Source: a virus
DNA length: 35,813 nt
IMG/VR virus record: IMGVR_UViG_3300044984_000894
Strand: one strand, 5' to 3'
Notes under the pieces: model-generated
Databases searched by the model: none
Told to the model about the DNA's origin: nothing
The model's input: the letters and a program-made list of their open reading frames with translations, nothing else
Made by a program: the position numbers and the translations under genes
In this document: in pieces, positions 25,148 through 32,436 of the stretch
Numbering within the stretch: position 1 is the stretch's first letter
Layout of the letters: each line of letters starts with the position of its first letter

Positions 25148-25374
25148 TAATTACTCAGTTCAATACGTTTAAAAAAAGAATACCATTTTGATGGCTTTGC
25201 TGTATTGCCAAGCGTTAATAAACCATGATCATTCTTTAAAATAGCTATTGCTATAGCTTTGTATGATGGAGCTAAATTATTTTTCATTAACTCAGCAGGA
25301 ACTTCATCAGGGATATCTATTGGATAACCCTGTTCTTTCCATTTATTAATATAATCTTGTATTTTCCCAATCAT
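25147..25374 (-). CDS. Hypothetical 75-aa protein sharing an AIxILKNDH motif with the C-terminus of the PP-loop enzyme
   Basis: KAIAIAILKNDHGLLTLG compared with RFAITILKNDHTCKYMGF. TAATG junction with the helicase start. Confidence 0.55.
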   Translation of the reverse strand: MIGKIQDYINKWKEQGYPIDIPDEVPAELMKNNLAPSYKAIAIAILKNDHGLLTLGNTAKPSKWYSFFKRIELSN

Positions 25375-25729
25375 TTAATTTTATCCTTGCTGCATTGTTT
25401 GCTTCTATTTTTTGATAATCATCTAATAAAAAGAAACCACTTTTAAATGTGCTTGGTATTTTATTTGCCAAACACATTGATGACTGCCCAAGCCAAGCTA
25501 TTCTATTTATACTTGGATTAGATAAAAAATGTTCTGAAGAATATTTCCATGTTTTTATTACTTCATCCATTGAATAATTAAACAACTCAATATCTGATAA
25601 AAAAATTGCATATTCTTCTTTGCACTGTTCTTTTGTTTTTCCATCAGGTGGAATAGTGCTATAAAATCCTGCTTTATAGCACTCCCATAGCCACCAAGGA
25701 TGATAAATCCTAAGCCCATTCTTCTTCAT
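25346..25729 (-). CDS. Hypothetical 127-aa protein (MKKNGLRIYHPWWLWECYKAGFYS...)
   Basis: ATG at 25729 overlaps the ParB-like stop by 20 nt. No family recognised. Confidence 0.5.
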   Translation of the reverse strand: MKKNGLRIYHPWWLWECYKAGFYSTIPPDGKTKEQCKEEYAIFLSDIELFNYSMDEVIKTWKYSSEHFLSNPSINRIAWLGQSSMCLANKIPSTFKSGFFLLDDYQKIEANNAARIKLNDWENTRLY

Positions 25730-26237
25730 CTGCTTCCCAACTATCAGAAAAACTACGATTTTGAAATAAAGCAGCAACACCAGTTATTTGTTTTAATCTC
25801 AATAACTCATCAACACTCATTCCAATATGTTTGCATATCCAAGCATCTCCTTTTCCCATTTCAACAAGCTCAGAAACTATAGTACTCATTAATTCAATAT
25901 TATGAGAACCTCTAGCTCTGTTATGTCTGATAGTAGATGCCATTCTGTCGCCAAGTTCTTTTTTGATTACAACAATTGGCAGCATGTTATTTTCACGCTC
26001 TCTTATGCGCTCACTATTTTTCATTGTTAAATAGCGGTGAAACCCATCTACTACAATGTAAATGTCTTTTGTATCATCGTAATAAGTAACAATTGGCTGC
26101 GTATATCCATCTTCCCATATTGATGTTTCTAATAAAGCCATCTCAGGTGGAGCAACTGCATTAGGGTTGTAATCATTTGCAGTTACTTGGCTAAATGGAA
26201 CGCAAAGTACGTTATAAACTGGAGATTTAAATGTCAT
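25710..26237 (-). CDS. ParB/sulfiredoxin-fold protein (IbrB-like)
   Basis: VPFSQVTANDYNPNAV, IVVDGFHRY, TIRHNRARGSH. The ATG at 26237 is preceded by AAGGA. The track start 26264 is a TTG. Confidence 0.75.
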   Translation of the reverse strand: MTFKSPVYNVLCVPFSQVTANDYNPNAVAPPEMALLETSIWEDGYTQPIVTYYDDTKDIYIVVDGFHRYLTMKNSERIRERENNMLPIVVIKKELGDRMASTIRHNRARGSHNIELMSTIVSELVEMGKGDAWICKHIGMSVDELLRLKQITGVAALFQNRSFSDSWEADEEEWA

Positions 26238-26610
26238 ATGAATTATCCTTATTGTGGACCTCAAGTCCTGTTAATGGTGGGTTAAATACGCATAGCAGCT
26301 CTACTGTAGAAAAAGCTATAAATGAATGCGGATCATTGTTGTCAAGAACGTACATTGTGCCGGGCAATATTCTATGCTTTTCTCCTGTATTTTTATTTGT
26401 AATACATCCATGACCTTTTATGCAATAACAAGCTTCAAGATGATTTTTATAATGCCAATGTTGCTCTCCATTTGGAGGTATTATTGTATTTGTTACAGAA
26501 AATCCCATATTGTCTTTTTCAAGCAAAAACCTTCTGCTTAAAAACCCTCCTTTTGGGCATTTAACTTCTCTTTCTGTTCCTGCTAACTCATGTAATTTAA
26601 TTATTTTCAT
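26227..26610 (-). CDS. Ectoine-synthase (EctC)-type cupin
   Basis: Gap-free collinearity over 125 aa with EctC as I recall it. HWHYKNHLEACYCIKGHG aligns with HIHYKHHFEAVYCIEGEG, PGTMYVLDNNDPH with PGDIYILDQHDEH, and CVFNPPLTGLEVHNKDNSY with CVFTPGLTGNEVHREDGSY. The Glu/Tyr/His metal ligands are conserved. Confidence 0.8.
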   Translation of the reverse strand: MKIIKLHELAGTEREVKCPKGGFLSRRFLLEKDNMGFSVTNTIIPPNGEQHWHYKNHLEACYCIKGHGCITNKNTGEKHRILPGTMYVLDNNDPHSFIAFSTVELLCVFNPPLTGLEVHNKDNSYDI

Positions 26611-27908
26611 AATTTTTTATATTTTTCCATAATATTACGTTGTCTCAATGATTGTTCTTTTGTTGGAGCAAATCCCATGTATTTACAGGTATGGTCATTT
26701 TTTAAAATAGTAATTGCAAATCGTTTCCATGAAGCAATTTCACTATTATTATTTCTTATATCATCAGTATGGTCTGGGTATTTTTTAATTATCACTCTAA
26801 TTTTGTCTTTCCTTCCATGAGGAGTTAATCCGTTTTCTTTTATCTTTATACGGTTACTTTCTCTTAGTTGTTTTAAAGTACTGTCTGATACGGTTTGCCC
26901 AACTCTACCCCAGTATTTTATAGATTGAACAAACCGCATTTTAAAATTTATAGAAACTTCCTCCGGTAAAGTTGCCAATAAAAATTTAACAAATGATTTC
27001 CATGTATGTCCTTCTGGAAGCTTAAAAGTATTGTAATTAAGTTGTTTTCCATAAGTTGCTATAAAGTTAGCACCTTGCACTCTGGCACATAATTTAGCCC
27101 ATGTATGAGGATCAATAACTCGATACAAACCTAAACTAGATTTAGACTCAGACATAAATGGAGACGCAACCCTCATTCTATGAACTGGAATACCTGCTTT
27201 ATAAAAAATATCGTAAAGCTTGTTGTAATCCCAATCATATATATAATTAGCCGTCCAAACATCTTCTGTTCTCCAATCATAAATGGGGTAACAATTATAA
27301 GAATGTTCAGTATTCTTTTTTGTCCACATTTGACCGCCTAATGTTTCCTTGCGTTGATTCATAATTGCTCTAAACCTGTTTAAACTTTCAACAGTTCTAA
27401 TTCCAATTAAATTTGCGCAAGTTTTGCCTTGTGAATACCATTCTGAAAATCCATCCCAGAATTTATCGTATGGCATATCTTCTTCAAAAAATGGAAAATT
27501 ATGATTTTCAAAATTAACAATGTAATCTTGTTTTGGCATAGGGCGTATCCATCTTTCTTTATCTCTATTACCCCAGCATTGCCATTCAACTGCATACGAA
27601 CTTATTGTGCAAGGAAGCGTTATTGGCAAACAACACCAATAAATTTCAAGCAAATCTCTATTTGAATCAAGTATTTTGTGCATAAACTCTACAGACAATT
27701 CATAATTTGCTTCATTGTCTAAAATTTGAATGCCTATTTTTTTTGTTATTCCTTTTTCCCTCATATATTTCAAAACAAAATTAAGCATTACTCCAGAATC
27801 TTTGCCGCCTGAAAATGAAAGATATATTCTTTCAAAATTATTAAATATAAAATCTAATCTTTCTACGCCTGCATCCCAAACATTCTTATTTCTGTTATAA
27901 GTTCTCAT
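26607..27908 (-). CDS. PAPS-reductase-family PP-loop ATP pyrophosphatase with long C-terminal extension (IbrA/DUF3440-like)
   Basis: SFSGGKDSGV is the PP-loop. The ATG at 27908 forms ATGA with the exonuclease stop, and GGAGG lies 5 nt upstream. Confidence 0.85.
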   Translation of the reverse strand: MRTYNRNKNVWDAGVERLDFIFNNFERIYLSFSGGKDSGVMLNFVLKYMREKGITKKIGIQILDNEANYELSVEFMHKILDSNRDLLEIYWCCLPITLPCTISSYAVEWQCWGNRDKERWIRPMPKQDYIVNFENHNFPFFEEDMPYDKFWDGFSEWYSQGKTCANLIGIRTVESLNRFRAIMNQRKETLGGQMWTKKNTEHSYNCYPIYDWRTEDVWTANYIYDWDYNKLYDIFYKAGIPVHRMRVASPFMSESKSSLGLYRVIDPHTWAKLCARVQGANFIATYGKQLNYNTFKLPEGHTWKSFVKFLLATLPEEVSINFKMRFVQSIKYWGRVGQTVSDSTLKQLRESNRIKIKENGLTPHGRKDKIRVIIKKYPDHTDDIRNNNSEIASWKRFAITILKNDHTCKYMGFAPTKEQSLRQRNIMEKYKKL

Positions 27909-28768
27909 GTCAACCTCCAATAACTACTAGGAGGTGATTGATATTTAGTAAGGTCTGCATCAGGCAATAATTCTTTTATGGCTTTAGCGTAGGATATAGC
28001 ACCATCACGGTGTACTTGTGTTAGTTTGTGTCCAGCAATCTCACTATCCTTTCCACCAGCCAATGTAACTATCTCAGCTAATATATCTTTGCGTGTTGCT
28101 TCTAGCTTCTTAATTTCTTCTGTTGCTGCAAGATACAGTTCCAACATTGCTTCACATTGAAGTTGTTGGCGTTTATCTTCCAAATACTTTATACAGACTG
28201 GTGCTTCACGTTCCACAAGATACTTATTATAAAATGTTCTAAGTTCCGGTAAGTATTTATCAATAGCTAAAGGATTAAACCAAACTGTTTCTAGCATCTC
28301 TCCATGTGCAGACCATTGGTAGAAATGACACCATTCCCTACCAGTAACTAACAACTGTATTTGTATTTGCATCCAGTAATGCGTTTGGTAGTCTATGCTT
28401 TTAAACTCTGGTGGGTTTTTGTCACGCAAACCATATGGGCATTTAATTTCAATTAAACCGTCAGTATCGATCAAACCATCTGGTGATGCTCCAAGCCAAT
28501 CTTCATAAGTATGAAAACCAGTTTCTACTACTTTTTTATCAAACTTCAATTCGTAATCAGCTAAAGCATTGGGTTCGTTATACGTTCCATAGCTAGTCGC
28601 TGGATTACCAGTAAACTCACTTGGATAGCCATGATAATCACGAACCATGTTACGCATAACATCTTCACGTTTCATAAATGGCGACAATCCTAGAATTGCA
28701 CCAACATTACTACCAGTTATACGACCTTTGCGTTTTTCAAACCATTCTTCTGTACGTTGTTGTTCCAT
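27905..28768 (-). CDS. YqaJ-type (lambda-Exo-like) recombination exonuclease
   Basis: EEWFEKRKGRITGSNVGAILG and the later IEIKCP (PD-(D/E)xK) motif. Confidence 0.85.
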   Translation of the reverse strand: MEQQRTEEWFEKRKGRITGSNVGAILGLSPFMKREDVMRNMVRDYHGYPSEFTGNPATSYGTYNEPNALADYELKFDKKVVETGFHTYEDWLGASPDGLIDTDGLIEIKCPYGLRDKNPPEFKSIDYQTHYWMQIQIQLLVTGREWCHFYQWSAHGEMLETVWFNPLAIDKYLPELRTFYNKYLVEREAPVCIKYLEDKRQQLQCEAMLELYLAATEEIKKLEATRKDILAEIVTLAGGKDSEIAGHKLTQVHRDGAISYAKAIKELLPDADLTKYQSPPSSYWRLT

Positions 28769-28824
28769 TTTTATTTACTCTTATAGTTATAATTAAAAAT
28801 ACACATCCTTGTGCGTTTGGTTAT

Positions 28825-29337
28825 TTACCAGGGTATAGAATCAATATCAACAACACTGGGTTCAGCAGATACTTCTTCTTTAACTGGTGCAGATGCACCT
28901 TTGCGTGGAGCTACAGAAGCCACCCAATTACCAGTTCTACCTTCTAAATCCCAAACCATTACTTTTATCAACATTGGTTTATGGAGTAATGCTTTAGCCA
29001 TTGCCGTGTCATTTGGGGATTCATCAGACTGTGCTAACTTACCACCGCAGTTTGCATCAATAGCAGCTAACATCTTTTTAGCTTTGTCTGATTTTTTAGT
29101 ATCAGGATCAAATACACGAACCTTTTGGAATATCTTGCGTCCTTTATAAATAGCAGGTTCAGCTATTACCCATCTTAATGAAATGTATTCATCACCTTGA
29201 TATTCAGCTAATCCTGCCTCGTCAATCATAGCTAAACATGTTGTATTGTCTGGTATGTTTTCAATCATGCCACCAGATGTGAACTCACCATTTGTTGTAA
29301 TTTCTTGGTTGTCGCTTGTTGTCCAAAAGTTTGCCAT
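28825..29337 (-). CDS. DUF669-like single-stranded DNA-binding protein
   Basis: Lies directly downstream of the AAA_24 gene. Core GDEYISLRWVIAEPAIYKGRKIFQKVRVF. Acidic tail ending DIDSIPW, analogous to the SSB D-D-D-I-P-F tip. Confidence 0.6.
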   Translation of the reverse strand: MANFWTTSDNQEITTNGEFTSGGMIENIPDNTTCLAMIDEAGLAEYQGDEYISLRWVIAEPAIYKGRKIFQKVRVFDPDTKKSDKAKKMLAAIDANCGGKLAQSDESPNDTAMAKALLHKPMLIKVMVWDLEGRTGNWVASVAPRKGASAPVKEEVSAEPSVVDIDSIPW

Positions 29338-29341
29338 TTGT

Positions 29342-30100
29342 TTATGCTCCGATGCTTGGGATTAAATTTAAAAGTGGATTAGTTCCGTTTACAACCAATA
29401 AGTCCTCGCTAATTCCATAACGGTTTTTAGATACGTTGGCAGCGCTTGCATAAGTAACTAATATGCGAGTTCCATCTGATATAGCTTTTTTACGATCTCC
29501 ATCACCAAAAGTATGTGTTTCCAACTTAAGATAACCACATAAATCAACATTATCTGTATAATGCGAAACGCTCTTTTTCTGCATACGGATGTTATAACGT
29601 GTATACGGGTCTTGGTCAGGAAGTTCTATTGTTTCTGTTTCACTATGTGCTATGAATACAATGTTCATGCCCTTAGTTTCATTAAGTATGCCAGCAGCTT
29701 TGCGAACCCTGCCATGCAAACTTGACAACGCTTGGAAGCCAGCACCATAACCTCCAAGGGCTTGCGCAATGGTTCGTGGTTTTTTAGGATCAGTATCAAC
29801 AATGTGATTTGTGAACAAATTATCAAGCTGAGTGACACTGTCAATAACCAATGTTTTATAATCATGATCTTCCTTGATTAATGCAGTTAGTTGTTCCCAC
29901 AACATATCAACATTAGATAGCAATGGAAAAGCATCAGGTCTTGTTGCTGTTGGTATGGCTTGTAATCCATCTTCAGCTCTGATAAATATAGGTTTTGGAA
30001 ATGTGGCAGCTAAACTTGTTTTTCCAAGTCCTGCATCGCCAGTTATAGTGCAGATAATCGAACGATCATCTGGTTTTGCAATAGAGCTTAATATGCTCAT
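29342..30100 (-). CDS. AAA_24 / Sak4-like RecA-fold recombination ATPase
   Basis: Walker A ITGDAGLGKTSLA followed by PIFIRAEDG. Walker B LVIDSV. RBS AAGGAG. Confidence 0.8.
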   Translation of the reverse strand: MSILSSIAKPDDRSIICTITGDAGLGKTSLAATFPKPIFIRAEDGLQAIPTATRPDAFPLLSNVDMLWEQLTALIKEDHDYKTLVIDSVTQLDNLFTNHIVDTDPKKPRTIAQALGGYGAGFQALSSLHGRVRKAAGILNETKGMNIVFIAHSETETIELPDQDPYTRYNIRMQKKSVSHYTDNVDLCGYLKLETHTFGDGDRKKAISDGTRILVTYASAANVSKNRYGISEDLLVVNGTNPLLNLIPSIGA

Positions 30101-30142
30101 GGTATTTCTCCTTACGGTTAAAAATCTTTTTCTCTAATTCCG

Positions 30143-30171
30143 TTGCACATTTTACCGATATAAATTAGAAT
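30143..30171 (+). promoter_or_regulatory. Sigma70-like rightward promoter (TTGCAC-17-TAGAAT)
   Basis: -35 at 30143-30148 and -10 at 30166-30171, about 45 nt upstream of the HTH gene ATG. Confidence 0.45.
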
Positions 30172-30176
30172 TGCAA
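30149..30176 (-). promoter_or_regulatory. Sigma70-like leftward promoter (TTGCAA-16-TAAAAT), interdigitated with the rightward one
   Basis: -35 at 30176-30171 and -10 at 30154-30149 on the minus strand, about 45 nt upstream of the Sak4-like ATG. Confidence 0.4.
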
Positions 30177-30214
30177 CACCTAAACAAATATTTTTTTAAA
30201 CAAGAGGAAAAACA

Positions 30215-30391
30215 ATGCTAACACCTGAAGAAATCAAAGCTAAATTAATACATCCTTCTTTTAACCTATCTTATTTATCTAGGGAAGTAGGAATCGGATA
30301 TATGACTCTGTGGAAATTAGCTCACGGGAAATTAAAAGTAATTCCTTATGATTTAGTCAAAAAATTAAGTGACTATTTCAATGTTGCCTGA
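30215..30391 (+). CDS. XRE/Cro-like HTH protein, 58 aa
   Basis: Not in the track. RBS AGAGGA. LSYLSREVGIGYMTLWKLAHGK is a helix-turn-helix. Confidence 0.6.
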   Translation: MLTPEEIKAKLIHPSFNLSYLSREVGIGYMTLWKLAHGKLKVIPYDLVKKLSDYFNVA

Positions 30392-32255
30392 GTTATGCGA
30401 TGCAATTAGAGCAGTTGGTTATGAACCACCTTCTAATATAGCAGTTGGTAAAGTTACTCGTTTTTCAACCAACGGCAAAAGAAATGATAGGTCAGGTTGG
30501 GTTCATGTATTCGATGATGGAAAAGGCGCAGTATTTGGTTGTTGGCGCAGTGGAGAGCAACACCAATGGTTTGAAAAACGTGATTATGTTCCAGATATAC
30601 ACGAACAAGAAGCCATGCGTCAGCAGTTTGAAGAAGCTAAACGTAAAGCTATTGCTGAACGTGATGCTGCTTATTCTATAGCTGCAAAGGAAGCGCAGGT
30701 ATTATTTGATAATGCTGTTCCAGTTATAAGTCATGACTACCTTACAAATAAAGGCATACGTCCAAATATGGCTCGTATGTTTGGCGGAAAGTTAATCATA
30801 CCTGTCTATGGTGCAGACGGAGAAATTCAATCTGTACAATCGATATTTAGTGATGGTGCTAAAAGGTTTCATTCTGGTGGAAAGATGCTTGGAGGTCATT
30901 GCTGGATTGGTGATCCTTCTGAGTCTGAAACTCTTTTAATTGCAGAAGGATTTGCAACTGCGGATAGTTTAAACCAAGCCACCAATCTTGCTGTATGTAT
31001 AGCATTTAACGCTGGAAATCTTAAGCCAGTAACACAAATGATTGCAAGCCAGTATATTGGCAAGAAAATAGTTATTTGTGCAGACAATGACAGTTCTGGC
31101 ATTGGTATGAGCAAAGCAAAAGAATGTGGCGTTGATATTGTATTGCCAACTATTGATGGTGACTTCAACGATATGATGTCAGAAAAAGGAATTGATGCAG
31201 TTCGTGACATTGTATTTGGAAAAGTAAAGCAGGAAGGCTTGTTCATCACCATTGAAGATATGATGGCAAGCATCAAGAAGCCTAATTGGTTAATTAAGGG
31301 AATACTTGAGCGTGGCTCAATGAATCTTCTTTTTGGTGAGTCAGGTGCAGGTAAAAGTTTATTTGCAATGGATTGGGCGTTTTGCGCTGCAACAGGTAGA
31401 AACTGGCATGGTCATAAGATAAAAGAAGAGCTTAAAACTTTAATTATTATGGGTGAAGGTTTGCGTGGTGCTTCAATGCGCTTTAAAGCATTATCACAAA
31501 AATATGGAGAACCGCCAAAGAATATTAGATTAAGCAGACGATCCATTAATCTATTAGATAGTAAAGAAGCTGATGAAATATTAAAAATAGTAGCAGAGTT
31601 AGATTTTAAACCTGATATTATTATTATTGATACGTTGCACAGAAACATGGTTGGAGATGAAAATAGCTCTGAAGATATGGCAATGTATTTTAAGTCTATA
31701 GAATTACTTGCCAGACGTTTAGATGCTGCTATTGTAACTGTTCACCATTCTGGACATGGTGATAAGGGAAGATCAAGAGGTTCATCATCTATTAAAGCTG
31801 CAATGGACGCAGAGTTTTGTGTCACCAAGAATGGTGATGGCATTACTTTTTCATGCACCAAGTCAAAAGACTTTGGATTTGGTACTGATATGAGTTTTGT
31901 CATTAAAGAAGTAGAGTTAGAAGGTGAAGTATTTTATGATGAAGATGATGATAAGCAGATCACCAGTGTTTATTTAGAGTATCAAGGTGTTGCTAAGAAG
32001 GAAAAATCATTGCCAAAGAAATTGCAAAAGGCACTTGATAGTTTAGTTTTGGCAGCAGAAACTATTGGAAAAGAGCGTCCAGAACTGTCCATTTTAGGTT
32101 CTGGACAGATAATTGTTTCACTGTCCGAATGGAAACCATTTTTTAATGAGGATAAAGAGCTTGCTTCAAGGCGACAAAACTTTTCAGAGTGCAGAAAAGA
32201 GTTGTTAAAACAAGAGCTTATAGCTGTTGATGGAGATTATAGTTGGATATTATAA
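30381..32255 (+). CDS. Bifunctional DNA primase/helicase (Toprim + RecA-like AAA_25 domain, P4-alpha-like)
   Basis: N-terminus GKVTRFSTNGKRNDRSGWVHVFDDGKGAVFGCWRSGE. Toprim LLIAEGFATADS ... VICADNDSSG. Walker A GESGAGKS and Walker B IIIIDTLHR. The ATG at 30381 is preferred to the track GTG at 30369. Confidence 0.85.
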   Translation: MLPELCDAIRAVGYEPPSNIAVGKVTRFSTNGKRNDRSGWVHVFDDGKGAVFGCWRSGEQHQWFEKRDYVPDIHEQEAMRQQFEEAKRKAIAERDAAYSIAAKEAQVLFDNAVPVISHDYLTNKGIRPNMARMFGGKLIIPVYGADGEIQSVQSIFSDGAKRFHSGGKMLGGHCWIGDPSESETLLIAEGFATADSLNQATNLAVCIAFNAGNLKPVTQMIASQYIGKKIVICADNDSSGIGMSKAKECGVDIVLPTIDGDFNDMMSEKGIDAVRDIVFGKVKQEGLFITIEDMMASIKKPNWLIKGILERGSMNLLFGESGAGKSLFAMDWAFCAATGRNWHGHKIKEELKTLIIMGEGLRGASMRFKALSQKYGEPPKNIRLSRRSINLLDSKEADEILKIVAELDFKPDIIIIDTLHRNMVGDENSSEDMAMYFKSIELLARRLDAAIVTVHHSGHGDKGRSRGSSSIKAAMDAEFCVTKNGDGITFSCTKSKDFGFGTDMSFVIKEVELEGEVFYDEDDDKQITSVYLEYQGVAKKEKSLPKKLQKALDSLVLAAETIGKERPELSILGSGQIIVSLSEWKPFFNEDKELASRRQNFSECRKELLKQELIAVDGDYSWIL

Positions 32256-32257
32256 TC

Positions 32258-32369
32258 TGTCCAAGTGTCCAAATTGGACATTATTGGACATGTTGTACAG
32301 GATTAATAAAAGTGTACGTACTGTCCACACCCCCTTAAGGGGGTGGACAGTGGACACAAATCTCGGACA
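32258..32369. repeat. Cluster of seven TGTCCA/TGGACA hexamers (plus one GGACA) including a 7+5-bp bulged hairpin; candidate iterons/origin
   Basis: TGTCCA at 32258, 32266 and 32322. TGGACA at 32275, 32285, 32344 and 32351. GGACA at 32365. Hairpin CTGTCCACACCCCC-ttaa-GGGGGTGGACAG at 32321-32350. Confidence 0.6.
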
Positions 32370-32413
32370 AGGAATTGTATGGATAAAATTAAAAGACATG
32401 AAGGACTAATTAT

Positions 32414-32436
32414 GTTATATTAATTTTTAATATAAC
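32414..32436. repeat. Perfect AT-rich inverted repeat GTTATATTAA-ttt-TTAATATAAC
   Basis: Read directly from the sequence. Lies 45 nt downstream of the hexamer cluster. Confidence 0.7.

Noticed and set aside
28769-28824. Possible terminator between the SSB and exonuclease genes (CACA-agga-TGTG followed by tattttt on the minus strand).
   Set aside because: The stem is only 4-5 bp, too weak for an intrinsic terminator. It is reported instead as a shared 12-mer motif.
30101-30391. I considered a temperate-phage immunity switch (CI/Cro) at the divergent promoters.
   Set aside because: Only one small HTH gene is present. The leftward transcript begins with a recombination ATPase rather than a repressor. 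No integrase, excisionase-integrase pair or attachment site was recognised, so I treat it as an early-gene switch rather than a lysogeny module.
696-31648. Many track ORFs lie antisense to, or in an alternative frame of, well-supported genes: 696..1022, 2019..2423, 2024..2230, 3041..3292, 4115..4363, 6622..6834, 6704..6925, 7958..8242, 9057..9239, 9777..10001, 10010..10201, 11049..11246, 12103..12306, 13004..13456, 13604..13813, 15363..15647, 15434..15631, 16204..16488, 16585..16917, 17967..18344, 21104..21370, 22701..22892, 23001..23201, 23194..23409, 23366..23557, 23505..23771, 24093..24443, 25700..25882, 26231..26413, 26326..26541, 27407..27595, 28678..28947, 28811..29149, 29665..29865, 29874..30137, 30445..30681, 30896..31276, 31412..31648.
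   Set aside because: Each is completely covered by a longer ORF with recognisable motifs, an RBS and operon-consistent junctions. Their translations are low-complexity or S/L/C-rich shadow-frame products with no start context. The one embedded ORF I kept (8290..8496) has a signal peptide plus lipobox.
32258-32369. I considered whether the repeated hexamers could be a CRISPR-like or mini-array element.
   Set aside because: The repeats are 6 bp, occur in both orientations and have 2-30-bp spacing. That does not match 25-40-bp direct repeats with uniform spacers.
32227-32409. 60-aa ORF spanning the end of the primase gene and the hexamer/hairpin region.
   Set aside because: Its sequence is dictated by the TGTCCA/TGGACA repeats and the GC hairpin. 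It has no RBS. The region is better explained as non-coding regulatory or origin DNA.
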